A stretch of DNA of 64,000 bases, from assembly GCA_041740355.1 (NCBI GenBank), contig JBGSMD010000011.1, positions 32,001 through 96,000 of the forward strand, given 5' to 3'. Below are positions 30,274 through 41,744 of this stretch, piece after piece. The translations under genes and the position numbers were made by a program. Source of the stretch: Bdellovibrionota bacterium (GTDB taxonomy: Bacteria; Bdellovibrionota_C; UBA2361; CALJRW01). Position 1 is the stretch's first letter, and each line of letters starts with the position of its first letter. The notes beneath the pieces were generated by a model. The model was given only the letters and a program-made list of their open reading frames with translations. It was not told the origin of the DNA and did not search any database.

Positions 30274-31596
30274 CTAAGGAGTTGAAAATTTTGCTGGAAG
30301 TTGCTCCCTAGTAAAAATAGTTTTATTTTCATCTGTGACCAAGGACTGATCTAGTTTGAAATCTGTTCCACTTAATTTAACCCAAAGCTTAGTTGCTTCT
30401 TGATGTTTACCTAGGCGGTTCAAGCAAATTCCTTTTAAGAAAGTATATTCCTTCTGCAGATTCTTTGTTAAGGATATCAAAGAGTGATCTTTAGCAAATA
30501 AGTCCAATGCCTTTTCGCTTTCTTCTACATTACCAAGAGCTAAATTAACTTTGATCAAATTTAATTCTGCTTGGGCTAGCTCTAAACCACTTAAGTTTTT
30601 TAGTGCTGCTTTTGTAGTAACTAATGCTTTATCAGAATGCCCTTGATCAATAAACATTTGAATTGCCTTGTTCCAATGATCTGGGTTTTTACTAATTTTA
30701 CTTGCTCGTAAGAATAATTCAGCAGACTCAAGATAATTCTGATTTTTCTCTTCTAGCTCCGCAATCGCTAATATTGCTAAGAGATAGTCTTTATATTTTT
30801 TAAGAAATTTTTGAAGTTCTTTAACTTGAGTTATTCTGCCATCTACTGTTTCCGGATAGGCATCAAAACGAATCTTTTGAAATTCCATTCTTGCTTTAAA
30901 CTCTTGATAGTCAGAAACATTGCCAAGTTCCACGGCACGTTCATTATATTCCAAGGCATCAGCTAATCGATTTATTTTTTCAGATAAATTGCGTGCTAAT
31001 AGAGCAGCCTTTTGGTTGGGGTGTTTTACAAGAATCAGTGCTAAGTTGTCTAAGGCAGCAGTATAGTTAGAATTGGCAATATTTAAATCTGCAGCTCGAA
31101 AGAGTACTTCCACATTTTCTGGAGCTGTCATTCTTGCCTGATCAATTCTTTTTAAAGCATCATTGGGTTTTCCTTGTTGTTCTAAGATTTTAGAAATTTC
31201 TACGTTACTTAAAACTTTTGAGGGGTCTAAGCTTAAGATTTTCTCCCAAATACTCTGTGCTTTAGTCCAATCTTTGGCTGCCATAGCTTCGCGAGCTTCT
31301 AGCATTGTCTTAATGAAGTTATCCCTTTTCTTAACATCATATTCGACAAACTTTCTCTGAATCATGCCACGAAGCATCATCCACGAAGTAAATATCCAAG
31401 CGAAGATAAATCCTAAGGAGAAGAAGCCGATGACAATAACACCTAAGTTAAAGTTTTCTAACTTTGTGCCGGATAGTAATCCAGGAATACTGGGAAGCAA
31501 GACAAAGTCGACTGCCGTCGAATTGGCGATAACGAGAAAAGCTACTATCGCAAATACTGAGATGATGGTGAGGATGAAAAGAGTTTTCTTGAACAT
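30274..31596 (-). CDS. Membrane-anchored TPR protein (LapA/LapB- or HemY-like architecture)
   Basis: Two N-terminal TM segments followed by TPR-like helical repeats. Confidence 0.7.
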   Translation of the reverse strand: MFKKTLFILTIISVFAIVAFLVIANSTAVDFVLLPSIPGLLSGTKLENFNLGVIVIGFFSLGFIFAWIFTSWMMLRGMIQRKFVEYDVKKRDNFIKTMLEAREAMAAKDWTKAQSIWEKILSLDPSKVLSNVEISKILEQQGKPNDALKRIDQARMTAPENVEVLFRAADLNIANSNYTAALDNLALILVKHPNQKAALLARNLSEKINRLADALEYNERAVELGNVSDYQEFKARMEFQKIRFDAYPETVDGRITQVKELQKFLKKYKDYLLAILAIAELEEKNQNYLESAELFLRASKISKNPDHWNKAIQMFIDQGHSDKALVTTKAALKNLSGLELAQAELNLIKVNLALGNVEESEKALDLFAKDHSLISLTKNLQKEYTFLKGICLNRLGKHQEATKLWVKLSGTDFKLDQSLVTDENKTIFTREQLPAKFSTP

Positions 31597-31899
31597 TGCA
31601 GTGTAAGCTAAATTTATCTGCCTGATTTATAGCCTACTTTTACAAAGTTGGGTATCTTTTCAGGTGAGCCTTCAGCCTTGGCCTATCTCGAAAGAAAATT
31701 GGTTAAAATACTCGCAGTAATATGTGAAGCCCTGTTTTAATTATATTTTTTTAATTAGACCTAAGCTCAAATTTTAAACGCAGGGAGTGATTGAAAGAGA
31801 TTCAGCCTAGGGCTCAATTGATATTAAAAGTTGATATAAATTAATATAAAACCAATATTTTTAGGTAGTTAAGACTAATCGAGTAGCAATCAAGGTTGA

Positions 31900-32421
31900 T
31901 TACTTAATCATCAAGATATCTTTAAAGGAAGAGATGAAGCTAGTAAAAACGTTTTTATAATCTTCATTAAATTCAGCTACACGGGCAGTAGTTTCAGCAG
32001 TAATTTTTTCTGTCGTGGAATTTAGCACAGTCGTAACATATTCATTAACAGCTTTCTGACGATCGGCAAAAGTTGTAAATTGCTTACGAATTTGAACCAA
32101 TTCGCCCAATTCAAACCAAATTCCACCGCAACCCCAGCATAGATCGATTTCTACTTCATTTTTAGAGTCAAAGAACTGGCGGTAAAGCTGTTGGGATTGG
32201 CACACAGGGCAATCTAGTAACTTCTTTAAGTCTCGTTTTTTTGGGTGAGGATTTGCTGCAAGCGAAAGAATTTGTTGATTTAATTCCTCATGTGGCTCAT
32301 CAAAATGTTCTATTTCTTTGCGATCAAACCAAATTCCACCACAACCAGAGGTACAAGATTCAAATACAATTGTGTTGGTACAAAACTGATCCATTAATTT
32401 TTCACACGCAGGGCATTTCAT
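31900..32421 (-). CDS. Tandem zf-TFIIB-like zinc-ribbon protein
   Basis: MKCPAC...CTSGCGGIWFD and CPVC...IDLCWGCGGIWFELGEL. Confidence 0.85.
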   Translation of the reverse strand: MKCPACEKLMDQFCTNTIVFESCTSGCGGIWFDRKEIEHFDEPHEELNQQILSLAANPHPKKRDLKKLLDCPVCQSQQLYRQFFDSKNEVEIDLCWGCGGIWFELGELVQIRKQFTTFADRQKAVNEYVTTVLNSTTEKITAETTARVAEFNEDYKNVFTSFISSFKDILMIK

Positions 32422-32607
32422 GTATTTTACTTTAGCAAGAATATCAGTCGTTTACTAGAATAAATTTAGTAAAACTGTCTATTTTATTAATTGTTTAACA
32501 TTAATGAAACTGGGTTATTTCGCCGAAATGTTATTATCGTTATAACAAAAAGTAATTCTCTACGGAAATTGCTTTTTGAACTTACTATATTAGTAACTTA
32601 TCGCTGC

Positions 32608-34566
32608 ATGAATTCTTCCAAATTTATATTTTTAATAGTTTTGTTCCTTTTTTGTAATCTAGGAGAAGCACAGTCGCGTATAAAAGTAGATTCACAAAAT
32701 GTTAGCTTATTTCAAGTCCTTACCAAAACTAATCCCCCGATAGCTTGTTATTCTGGAGATTTCACTCTGGGAACACTTTCCACCAAGAAATTAAAAATTG
32801 GTAGTGTCTGGACTCAAAAACAATTGACTGAAGTTCAAGCAAATTTACTAAAATTTCAACAAAAATTAAAGAAGGCCAAGAAAAATAAAAATGATCTGGC
32901 AGCAACTCGACTTAAAATAAAAGTTAAAACACAAAAGCAATTAGTAAAATCTCTAAATAATTCAGTTTCAAAATGTATTAATCTTATTCCTGATGGAGAG
33001 TTTGCTGGAAGTGCTAGTAGTTTAGCTCCCTACCGGGAAAATTTAACTCCTAATGAAATTAAGCATATCTTAAAAAAAGTAGCTTTTGGTGGAGATGAAA
33101 AATTAGTACAGATTGCCCAAGAGCAAGGACTTAGTGCATTAGTTGATGCTTTAGTAGATGGAGATGACCAAGAAGTTGAACTAATGTCTAAGGCGATGGA
33201 GTTTGGTAGCCAAGGATTACATTATCAAGATGAGAATCCTAATTATCCAATTTACACTCCTTATGTGTTACGTCCTGCTCAGATTTACCGTTTTATATAT
33301 TCTCCAAAACCATTTAAAGAATGGATGTTATTAAATTTAAGTGGACATTTTTCGGTTAACTTAAATCGAATTGGCTTTGCTTACAGTAGCTATAGTCACC
33401 TAGGGATGAAAGAACATTGGGATTTATTAATCAATAATTCCATGGGTAGTTTTAAGGATTTAACGTTAGCAATGTTAGATGATAAAGCAATGAATTTTTG
33501 GTTAGATAACAAAGACAATCAGATTGGTGCGCCAAATCAAAACTTTGCTCGCGAATTATTGGAGCTATTTATTCTTGGAAAAGTAGATCCAGTAACAGGT
33601 ATTCCAAATTACGAAGAAGAGTCGGTGATTGCTTCCACTGGTTTTCTAAGTGGCTACTACGAAGATGCTGATTATGATGCTCCTTATGATCAGTATCGCT
33701 TAAAGATTAGCTTTGAAGAAGAACTTCACGATTCTAATAGTTACCAACTCTTTACTGGTTTTTCAGAGGCAGAAGTTTTACAAACATTTCATCCGGCAGG
33801 TTTTATTAATCATGTTTTTAATAATCATCCCGGAGCCTCAAGGTTTATCGCTGAACGTTTTGCCGGGATGATGTTATATTCTGGCTTACCAGAAAATGTA
33901 GTTGCTGAGCTCGCTAGTTTATTAAAATCCTCTGATTATCAATTAAAACCATTCTATAAAAAAATTCTTAAATCTCAGTCATTTTTCTCTAAAGCTTCGG
34001 TTGATAGTTGCTTTAGTTCGCCAATCGAACAAATCATAACATTGGCGCGAAAAATATTTCCAGAAAATTTAGTTTCCTCTGGAGACTTTGGAAAACGCGC
34101 TTTTCATGCCTTGATTAATATTGCCGATACAGCTGGAGCTGCGGGGCAATCCTTATTCGAGCCACCGTCAGTGTTTGGATGGAAGGGAGCGTGTAATATA
34201 AATCGTAATGGATCTAATGCGTCAGGGGAGGGTTGGATCAAAACCCAACGTTTATTGAATCGCGCTACAGCCTGTGGGGAAATGATGGGTTATTTAAATT
34301 GGTATGAGCTTGATTACTTAGCTGCAATTGATTTAGCTGAGGATGCCTCTCCCGAGGAAATAGTTGAGCACCTAGAAAAAAGATTTTCTGCAAAGCCACT
34401 TTTGTTTCAAGAAAAGGAATTATTAATAACTTACTTAAGAACATTTAAAGGTGATGACTATGATTATGTAGCTGATCCAGATTTGTCTGAGAATTGGGTG
34501 GTCAGGGCAAAAATCCCGAGAGCAATCTGTTTGATTTATGATTTAGGTTTTAATAATTTTAGGTAA
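32608..34566 (+). CDS. DUF1800-family protein with a Lys-rich N-terminal domain (likely start ATG 32608)
   Basis: HFSV, MNFWLDN, PNQNFARELLELFILG, GQSLFEPPSVFGW; signal peptide after M40 of the listed ORF. Confidence 0.88.
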   Translation: MNSSKFIFLIVLFLFCNLGEAQSRIKVDSQNVSLFQVLTKTNPPIACYSGDFTLGTLSTKKLKIGSVWTQKQLTEVQANLLKFQQKLKKAKKNKNDLAATRLKIKVKTQKQLVKSLNNSVSKCINLIPDGEFAGSASSLAPYRENLTPNEIKHILKKVAFGGDEKLVQIAQEQGLSALVDALVDGDDQEVELMSKAMEFGSQGLHYQDENPNYPIYTPYVLRPAQIYRFIYSPKPFKEWMLLNLSGHFSVNLNRIGFAYSSYSHLGMKEHWDLLINNSMGSFKDLTLAMLDDKAMNFWLDNKDNQIGAPNQNFARELLELFILGKVDPVTGIPNYEEESVIASTGFLSGYYEDADYDAPYDQYRLKISFEEELHDSNSYQLFTGFSEAEVLQTFHPAGFINHVFNNHPGASRFIAERFAGMMLYSGLPENVVAELASLLKSSDYQLKPFYKKILKSQSFFSKASVDSCFSSPIEQIITLARKIFPENLVSSGDFGKRAFHALINIADTAGAAGQSLFEPPSVFGWKGACNINRNGSNASGEGWIKTQRLLNRATACGEMMGYLNWYELDYLAAIDLAEDASPEEIVEHLEKRFSAKPLLFQEKELLITYLRTFKGDDYDYVADPDLSENWVVRAKIPRAICLIYDLGFNNFR

Positions 34567-34567
34567 A

Positions 34568-35914
34568 ATGCAACACTTAACTAGAAGAAGTTTTTTAACA
34601 TTATGCGCTCAGGGAGCAGGGCTAGTTGCATTATCAAGCATGCTCAGCCCAAGATTACTGATGGCACAAAGCCCGGCTGGAACAAATAAGAACTTTGTCA
34701 TTCTTAATCTGTATGGAGGAATGGATGGACTTTCAGCCATGCCATATTATTCTGGTTCAATTGCAGATTTGCTAAATTCCCAACTTCGTCCAACACTTAC
34801 GGTAAACCCTGCGAGTGTAATTCCAGCACTAGGACAGGGAGGTAGTGCCAATAAAATTGGTTTTCACCCGGCGCTCAAACCACTGACGGACGTAGCGCTT
34901 AACAAATTGGCAATTGTTCAAAGTTATGGAATTCCCGGAGATCCTGGGCGAAGCCATGATACTTGTCAGATTTTAATGAGTTTAGGCGCAGCGAAAATTC
35001 AAGGGACAGAGATGGTTGGGTTTTTAGCGCGACTAATGGATTTAGAAAGTTGGGATTCCTTTCAGTACTGGGCCTTTAATGTTGAGAATAATTCTGATGT
35101 AAACACAAAGAAAAACACTCCGATTATCTTAAACGATCTGTCTTCTTTATCATTTCCAGGTGTTGGTTGGGAGAGCGATCAAGAAACAGCTTTTGCCTCA
35201 GAGATTGCGGAAGCTTTAGTACAAGTTAGAACTTCACAAGCAGGCTTAGGCAAGCTTCATGCCGATACTTCGGATCTAATGTATAAAACAATTGCCTTAG
35301 TTAAGAATGATATCGCTAGCCAGACAGTTGGTAATAATCTGGCTGGTAACTATAATCAAAGTCCACTGGGTAAAAGTCTGCGTGATGTTGCCAAGATTAT
35401 AAAAGCAAAAAAATCTGGAACGTCGGAAGATCTTTCCGGAAAAGATAATTTATTTTTACTAGGGCAAGGTGGTTATGACACTCACAGTGACCAAAATAAT
35501 CCCAATGCTAGTGAGGGGAATATTTCTGGTTTACTAGGAACATTAGGAACTAACCTTGCTGTGTTTTATAAAGACTTAGAGGCGATGGGAGCGCTAGAGG
35601 ATACCGTAATTGTTGTCTATTCTGAATTTGGAAGAACTTGTTTTGAAAATGGAACCTCTGGTAATTTATCAGTTGGTACTGATCATGGGCATGCTAGTAA
35701 TACTTTTATACTTGGCGGGCCTGTTCGTGCTGGCGTCTACGGAGATGTTCCCACTTCTAGTGAATTATTAAATGACAATTATAATGCCCTACTTCCTAAA
35801 GTTGATTTTCGGGACATCTTTTCAGATGTTTTGCAGTGGTTAAATGTAACTCCAAGTGAAGTGTTTACTGATGATGATTACAATCCACAGAAAGTGGGGT
35901 TTATCCAAACTTAA
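34568..35914 (+). CDS. DUF1501-family Tat-exported protein
   Basis: TRRSFL Tat motif; GGMDGL, GGYDTHSDQ, SEFGRT, GTDHG, VDFRD; typical partner of DUF1800. Confidence 0.92.
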   Translation: MQHLTRRSFLTLCAQGAGLVALSSMLSPRLLMAQSPAGTNKNFVILNLYGGMDGLSAMPYYSGSIADLLNSQLRPTLTVNPASVIPALGQGGSANKIGFHPALKPLTDVALNKLAIVQSYGIPGDPGRSHDTCQILMSLGAAKIQGTEMVGFLARLMDLESWDSFQYWAFNVENNSDVNTKKNTPIILNDLSSLSFPGVGWESDQETAFASEIAEALVQVRTSQAGLGKLHADTSDLMYKTIALVKNDIASQTVGNNLAGNYNQSPLGKSLRDVAKIIKAKKSGTSEDLSGKDNLFLLGQGGYDTHSDQNNPNASEGNISGLLGTLGTNLAVFYKDLEAMGALEDTVIVVYSEFGRTCFENGTSGNLSVGTDHGHASNTFILGGPVRAGVYGDVPTSSELLNDNYNALLPKVDFRDIFSDVLQWLNVTPSEVFTDDDYNPQKVGFIQT

Positions 35915-36059
35915 ATCAGGTGGAGCCTGTCTTTTCAAAAATAATTTGAACGCAACAAATATCAGATTTTGGAACCGTGTTTATTGAGGTAATAATTTGT
36001 ATCCGATTTTTTTTATTATTGGAGATATTTGACATCTGGGATGCCTATTTTTATGAATA

Positions 36060-37754
36060 TTAATTCTTACGCATCCAATATCCCCAAGGGGTCAGATTAT
36101 AATTCTGTTGAATATAATTGCTAGCTTCCTTCGACATGGTTCTAAATATTCCTACATTTGTATGTAGCTTAGGTGAGGAATGTCCTTTCATTAAACTATC
36201 CTCATATTTTTTTATCTCTTCTTTAGATATCATTCTAAGTATTGGTCCGTGTGTGGACCAATAATACCATTGATGTTTGCGAAATACTCCGTATACCGGC
36301 CAGTGCTCTACTACAAAATCTTCAGTAGAAGTATTTCTCATAACCCATTTAATTTTAGCTAGGTCTCTTTTATTTGTTATTGTTTTGGATATTTGCATAC
36401 TCTTTAAATCAGGTGTCTGATAAAAGATAAAGCTACATTGTAATATTGCTACAATCGTAAGTACTTCTGCCGCTTTTAACCTGAAAACTAATTTGTTGTT
36501 AGTCCTCAATGCTACAATATAATTAAGAGTAATTAGGCTTACTTTAACGATATTGTAAATAATTGTAGTAATGAAAGTTGCAGCAAAAATTGCAATAAAA
36601 GGCAGGAGATATTGGTAGCTTTGCAAATATGGTTCAGGATGAAACCAAAGGCCCACAAAGGCGCTACTGGCTATTAGCAAAAGTAGTGCATCCTGACGAT
36701 CTCTTGCTGCCTTAGTCGCACAACAGATACACAAAATTATATATCCAAGTGCTGCCAAATTAACTGTTAAGTTACTACTTTTCCAAAGTCCATTTAAGTA
36801 TTTATAGGGATAAAGCTTTGTTTGCCAATTAAAGTTAAAAAATAAATTATAATAATAAAATTCGAAGAGTCCGTTATGATAGGCAAAGTATGCCGAGATC
36901 CAAATTATTGGAACGATGAATCCAAATGTTGCAGAACATAACTGCAATATTCGTTTTTTAAAGGTTAGCCCCCAGCGAGGATCGGCTACATACCATATCC
37001 AGAATAAAGCCATTCCTGGTCCTACAAATAAAATCTTTTGTGTATGTAGAAGTGCTATCGAAAGCAGGAAGCCTGCTACAAATAGTAATACCAGATTTAA
37101 TTTAAATATATTCTGTTTATCTTTAGATTGAATGCTAAAACTAGTTTTCAGTCCAACTAAGAACAACAAAACTGCTGCTAGATAAAAAGTCACTGCTGGC
37201 ACATCAGGTCGAACTTCAATCATTTTAGTCCAGAAGTACGGCATATTTGCTAGTAGCGCAGCCGCAGTTACCCCCACTAAAAGACCTCTTCTACCACCAA
37301 TCCAAATCCAACCAATTGCGATAACTAATAAAAAAGTACAGGCTACCCAAAGTGACATAAGTTGTCGCAAGACTATTAATGTTGATTTAGCCGCTTCAAA
37401 GGAAAGCTCTGGCTTATAATAAGATAAGACAGGAGCGAGTTGAAAATAGAGCAAAGGTGTGTGGTGCTCAAAATAATCTCGATATGGCAAATATCCCTTA
37501 GAGAGATACCAAGAATTATGAGAATGTTGCAATTCATCCGGATCGAAATATCTAATTTCTAAAATATTTCTACTTTGTAACCAAGGATGCAGGACTCGTT
37601 GATAAAATATAAAAGTGAGTGACAATATAAATAATATTGTTAGTAAGGATTTAATTTTAATATTCATTATAGACAAAAGGCGAGCCATGCGATTTGGGGC
37701 TAGTATTAGTGATAGAATGATAGACTCCCATATTCTTTCGCCATCTTCAAGCAT
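36060..37754 (-). CDS. ArnT/GT-C-like integral membrane glycosyltransferase
   Basis: DPDELQH...GYLPYRDYFEHHTPL, EVRPD, TQK; many TM segments. Confidence 0.78.
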   Translation of the reverse strand: MLEDGERIWESIILSLILAPNRMARLLSIMNIKIKSLLTILFILSLTFIFYQRVLHPWLQSRNILEIRYFDPDELQHSHNSWYLSKGYLPYRDYFEHHTPLLYFQLAPVLSYYKPELSFEAAKSTLIVLRQLMSLWVACTFLLVIAIGWIWIGGRRGLLVGVTAAALLANMPYFWTKMIEVRPDVPAVTFYLAAVLLFLVGLKTSFSIQSKDKQNIFKLNLVLLFVAGFLLSIALLHTQKILFVGPGMALFWIWYVADPRWGLTFKKRILQLCSATFGFIVPIIWISAYFAYHNGLFEFYYYNLFFNFNWQTKLYPYKYLNGLWKSSNLTVNLAALGYIILCICCATKAARDRQDALLLLIASSAFVGLWFHPEPYLQSYQYLLPFIAIFAATFITTIIYNIVKVSLITLNYIVALRTNNKLVFRLKAAEVLTIVAILQCSFIFYQTPDLKSMQISKTITNKRDLAKIKWVMRNTSTEDFVVEHWPVYGVFRKHQWYYWSTHGPILRMISKEEIKKYEDSLMKGHSSPKLHTNVGIFRTMSKEASNYIQQNYNLTPWGYWMRKN

Positions 37755-37827
37755 AAGTATAAAGTCATATCAGTATAGTTTTATCACAAAAGCTATACTG
37801 ATTGACTATACCAAACTCGAAAGTGTA

Positions 37828-37854
37828 TGTAGCGACCCTTAAGGGTCGCTTAGG
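37828..37854. repeat. GTAG-type REP-like palindrome
   Basis: TGTAGCGACCCTTAAGGGTCGCTTAGG; near-identical inverted copy at 16857-16881. Confidence 0.6.
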
Positions 37855-38359
37855 TAGAGTTTCGGTAATATAACAATATTGAGGAATATAAAGGTAAGTT
37901 CAGCAAGTAAACCCTTTGATAAATTAGAAGTTTATAGTTATACAAGTGAAAATTTTTAGGAATAAAAAAAGATCGCTCCAAATTGTTGTTGATTGAAAAT
38001 TGGAAAGCTCGTTTTGTTAGATACAGTGGAGAATTAACAATAACTTTTTTTGATCAACAAGCATTTAATATTGCTGCTCCATTAATTAGAGCTTACAAAG
38101 AGATCCTTCCACAAGCGGGTCAAAATAACATTGTCGTTAAGGCTTAATTAGCACTTCTTGAATCCCGGTAAGATTGTTTATTGGAAAATTTCTAACCCCT
38201 TTTGTTCAGTTTGATTTAATACTGGCTATTACTGCATATTTGCGTCTTTACTTCTAATTTGCAGAAGTAATATAAACTCAATGGGGTAATGCCATAGGAT
38301 TTTTATACTTGAATTTTACTATAACATAATTGGGTAGTCTAGGAGTTTAATGTAATAGC

Positions 38360-39100
38360 ATGTGGAGTAGCATGAAAGTATTTTTATTAGTTATCGTAAC
38401 TATCAGTTGTTTTCTCTATTTAGCCATTAGGGAAGATCCTTCCTCTCTAACCAAAGTTGAATATCTTAGCTACATTGTCGATCCAAAGTTACAGGAGTTG
38501 AAATTTTTCTCAAGAGATGGAGAAGGCAAAAAACTACTGAGCTTTAAAAGACTTGCTGAATATTTAGTCGCGCAGGATCAAGAATTAGTATTTGCAATGA
38601 ACGGTGGAATGTTTGAGATGGGTTATACCCCTAAAGGCCTATATGTTGAAGAAAGCCAGATTATTAACCCGATAGACCGAACTACAGGACAGTCCGGGAA
38701 CTTCTACCTTGAACCTAATGGAATTTTTTATTTAACAATAAATAAAGGCGCTGTAATTTCTAAAACTGAGGATTATATAGATTCGTCAGAAGTTGAATAT
38801 GCCACGCAATCTGGACCAATGTTGTTAATTGATGGTGCAATTAATCCGCTCTTTAAAAAAGATTCCCAAAATTTAAATATTCGTAATGGGGTCGGGATAC
38901 TTCCAAGTGGACATTTATTATTTGTAATGTCTAAGGGTATGGTTAGCTTTTATGACTTTGCTAATTATTTTAAAGAGCGGGGGGCTATTAAAGCCTTGTA
39001 TCTTGATGGTTTTGTATCTAGGGTTTACCAACCGTCAGAAAACTGGACTCAGCAGGACGGCAATTTTGGGGTGATTATTGCTGAGATTAAAAAACAATAG
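38360..39100 (+). CDS. Phosphodiester glycosidase (NAGPA/YigE-like) protein
   Basis: FAMNGGMF, GNFYLEPNGIF, ATQSGPMLL, IRNGVG, ALYLDG. Confidence 0.88.
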   Translation: MWSSMKVFLLVIVTISCFLYLAIREDPSSLTKVEYLSYIVDPKLQELKFFSRDGEGKKLLSFKRLAEYLVAQDQELVFAMNGGMFEMGYTPKGLYVEESQIINPIDRTTGQSGNFYLEPNGIFYLTINKGAVISKTEDYIDSSEVEYATQSGPMLLIDGAINPLFKKDSQNLNIRNGVGILPSGHLLFVMSKGMVSFYDFANYFKERGAIKALYLDGFVSRVYQPSENWTQQDGNFGVIIAEIKKQ

Positions 39101-39104
39101 AGCT

Positions 39105-39476
39105 TTATCTTAGGAAGATGAAGTCTAGAAGAGGAGAGTGGTAGAGAAAAAAGACAAGGTATACGCCCACTGTAAAGAATTGTAATCCACAAAGTATCCA
39201 AAGATTAGATTTAAAAAATTTCCGAATTATTAAGATTGAAATCAGAGAGAGGATTAAAAATATTGATAAGCAAATTATTATATACGGAAAAGCCCAGGTT
39301 CCAGAGTAAGATAGATGAAATGAATCCATTCCATATAAACAGAAATACAATAAAAAGTTACAAGAGACGAATAGTAGTAGCCCAGAAAGCCCGCCGAGGA
39401 GATACCCTAATTTCTTTCTTTCATTTTTAGAGTTGGAGGTAGGGGATATTTGCTTAGGTGAGTTTTGTGAAGGCAT
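39105..39476 (-). CDS. Small membrane protein (3 TM)
   Basis: Hydrophobic ORF directly downstream of hppA. Confidence 0.6.
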   Translation of the reverse strand: MPSQNSPKQISPTSNSKNERKKLGYLLGGLSGLLLFVSCNFLLYFCLYGMDSFHLSYSGTWAFPYIIICLSIFLILSLISILIIRKFFKSNLWILCGLQFFTVGVYLVFFLYHSPLLDFIFLR

Positions 39477-39515
39477 AGAAAAAAAATACTTGTATTTCTA
39501 TGCCTTCACAAGAGA

Positions 39516-41744
39516 TTACTCTCTCATCAAGTCACGCTCTACTACTTGAGCAGTAGGAGCTTTGCTATGGCCATGACCATCGCCATAAATTTGACCTAAG
39601 ATTGGAGCAATAGCTAAACCTACTAAGCAAGTAAGTTTAATTAAGATGTTCATGGAAGGTCCAGAAGTATCCTTAAATGGATCCCCAACTGTGTCGCCAG
39701 TTACTGCTGCTTTGTGCGCATCAGAACCTTTGTATTCCATCTTACCGTTAATCATAATCCCTTTTTCAAAAGATTTTTTAGCGTTATCCCAAGCACCACC
39801 AGCATTAGACTGGAAGATTGCCCAAAGGACACCACTAACAGTAACCCCAGCCATGTAACCACCAAGAGCTTCAGGTCCCATGATGAACCCAACAAGAATC
39901 GGAGTGATAATTGTGATTGCACCAGGCATCATCATTTCGCGAATAGCAGCTTTAGTAGAAATTGCTACGCACTTATTGTATTCCGGCTTTCCAGTACCTT
40001 CTAATATTCCTGGAATCTCACGGAACTGACGGCGAACTTCTTCCACCATGTCCATTGCCGCACGACCTACAGCACTCATTGCTAAGGCTGAGAAAACAAC
40101 TGGAATCATACCACCAAGAAATAATGCTGCTAAAACTTTAGCATCAAAAATATTAATTCCATGAATGCCTGTGAATGTTACGTAAGCAGCAAATAACGCC
40201 AACGCTGTCAAAGCAGCAGAAGCAATTGCGAAACCTTTACCAATAGCAGCAGTTGTATTACCAACTGAATCTAAAATATCAGTACGCTCACGAACTTCTT
40301 TTGGAAGCTCACTCATTTCCGCAATACCACCAGCGTTATCAGCAATTGGTCCAAATGCATCAATTGCTAACTGCATTGCAGTTGTTGCCATCATTGCCGA
40401 AGCCGCAATACCAACACCATAGAACCCAGCCATTGCATAAGCTCCCCAGATTGCTCCAGCAAAAAGTACGATTGGCATCCAAGTAGACATCATCCCAGTA
40501 GCAAGACCAGCAATAATGTTTGTCGCTGCACCAGTTGCTGATTGTCTAACAATCGCTAGTACCGGCTTAGTTCCAAGGGCAGTGTAATATTCAGTAATAG
40601 CTGAAATTGCTCCACCAACTGCAAGACCAATTAATACAGCGTAGAAAACTCTTGTAGATGTTGTTGCCATATCAACAAACTCGTTCCCTGAGAAAACTGT
40701 CATTACAATATTTTCAGGTAACATCCACTTAATTAGGAAGTAAGAAGCTACTGCAGTAAGAATTAAAGCAATCCAGTTACCACGATTTAAAGCTCCTTGA
40801 ACTGCTTTGCCATCAGCGTTGTCATCTTTAACGCTAACAAAGTTCATCCCAATAATTGATAATACAATTCCGATACCAGCAATAACTACTGGTAAAAGAA
40901 TAGGCCCCATTCCACCGAACGCATCAGTGTAGTTAGGATTAGTAATTAAGATATCTCTGATTACATAGTTACCAAGAACCATTGAGGCTAATACAGTAGC
41001 AACATAAGAACCGAATAAGTCAGCACCCATTCCTGCTACATCCCCTACGTTATCCCCTACGTTATCTGCAATAGTTGCTGGGTTGCGGGGATCATCTTCC
41101 GGAATACCAGCTTCTACTTTACCAACAAGGTCAGCACCAACGTCAGCAGCTTTAGTATAAATACCACCACCAACACGAGCAAAAAGTGCTATTGATTCAG
41201 CACCAAGAGAGAAACCAGCAAGGGTTTCAAGAATCATAGTCATGTTCTCTACGCCAGACCAAACACCATTTGATAACCAATAGAAAAGTATGGCAAAAAG
41301 TGAGCTAAGACCAAACACGGCTAATCCTGCAACCCCAAGTCCCATCACACTTCCACCGCGGAAAGAAACTTTCAGTGCTAATGATAAGCTTGAGCGTGCA
41401 GCTTGAGTTGTACGAACGTTAGCTTTCGTTGCAATTCGCATTCCGATATTTCCAGCAACTGCCGAGAACACCGCACCAATTACAAAGGATACAACGATAA
41501 ACCAATGCGTTGATTCGACCAATGTTGAAAGGTAACCAAGTGTAGCACCAGCAATCACTACGAACACCGCTAACACGCGATACTCTGCAGCTAAGAATGC
41601 CATAGCACCTTCGGCAATTGCGCTAGCAATCCCTTTCATTTTGTCGTTACCAGCATCCTGCTTAACAACCCAAGAGGACAAGAATGCCATGTAAACAAGG
41701 CCTAGAATCCCAAAAAGAGGGAGAATGTAAATTAATTGAGACAT
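39516..41744 (-). CDS. hppA: Membrane-bound cation-translocating pyrophosphatase, K+-dependent type
   Basis: [35 protein letters not shown] (Ala = K+-dependent), [10 protein letters not shown]. Confidence 0.96.
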   Translation of the reverse strand: MSQLIYILPLFGILGLVYMAFLSSWVVKQDAGNDKMKGIASAIAEGAMAFLAAEYRVLAVFVVIAGATLGYLSTLVESTHWFIVVSFVIGAVFSAVAGNIGMRIATKANVRTTQAARSSLSLALKVSFRGGSVMGLGVAGLAVFGLSSLFAILFYWLSNGVWSGVENMTMILETLAGFSLGAESIALFARVGGGIYTKAADVGADLVGKVEAGIPEDDPRNPATIADNVGDNVGDVAGMGADLFGSYVATVLASMVLGNYVIRDILITNPNYTDAFGGMGPILLPVVIAGIGIVLSIIGMNFVSVKDDNADGKAVQGALNRGNWIALILTAVASYFLIKWMLPENIVMTVFSGNEFVDMATTSTRVFYAVLIGLAVGGAISAITEYYTALGTKPVLAIVRQSATGAATNIIAGLATGMMSTWMPIVLFAGAIWGAYAMAGFYGVGIAASAMMATTAMQLAIDAFGPIADNAGGIAEMSELPKEVRERTDILDSVGNTTAAIGKGFAIASAALTALALFAAYVTFTGIHGINIFDAKVLAALFLGGMIPVVFSALAMSAVGRAAMDMVEEVRRQFREIPGILEGTGKPEYNKCVAISTKAAIREMMMPGAITIITPILVGFIMGPEALGGYMAGVTVSGVLWAIFQSNAGGAWDNAKKSFEKGIMINGKMEYKGSDAHKAAVTGDTVGDPFKDTSGPSMNILIKLTCLVGLAIAPILGQIYGDGHGHSKAPTAQVVERDLMRE

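Noticed and set aside
37950-38147. Open frame KDRSKLLLIENWKARF...VVKA* without ATG
   Set aside because: Possibly a gene remnant, but too short and unassignable to call.
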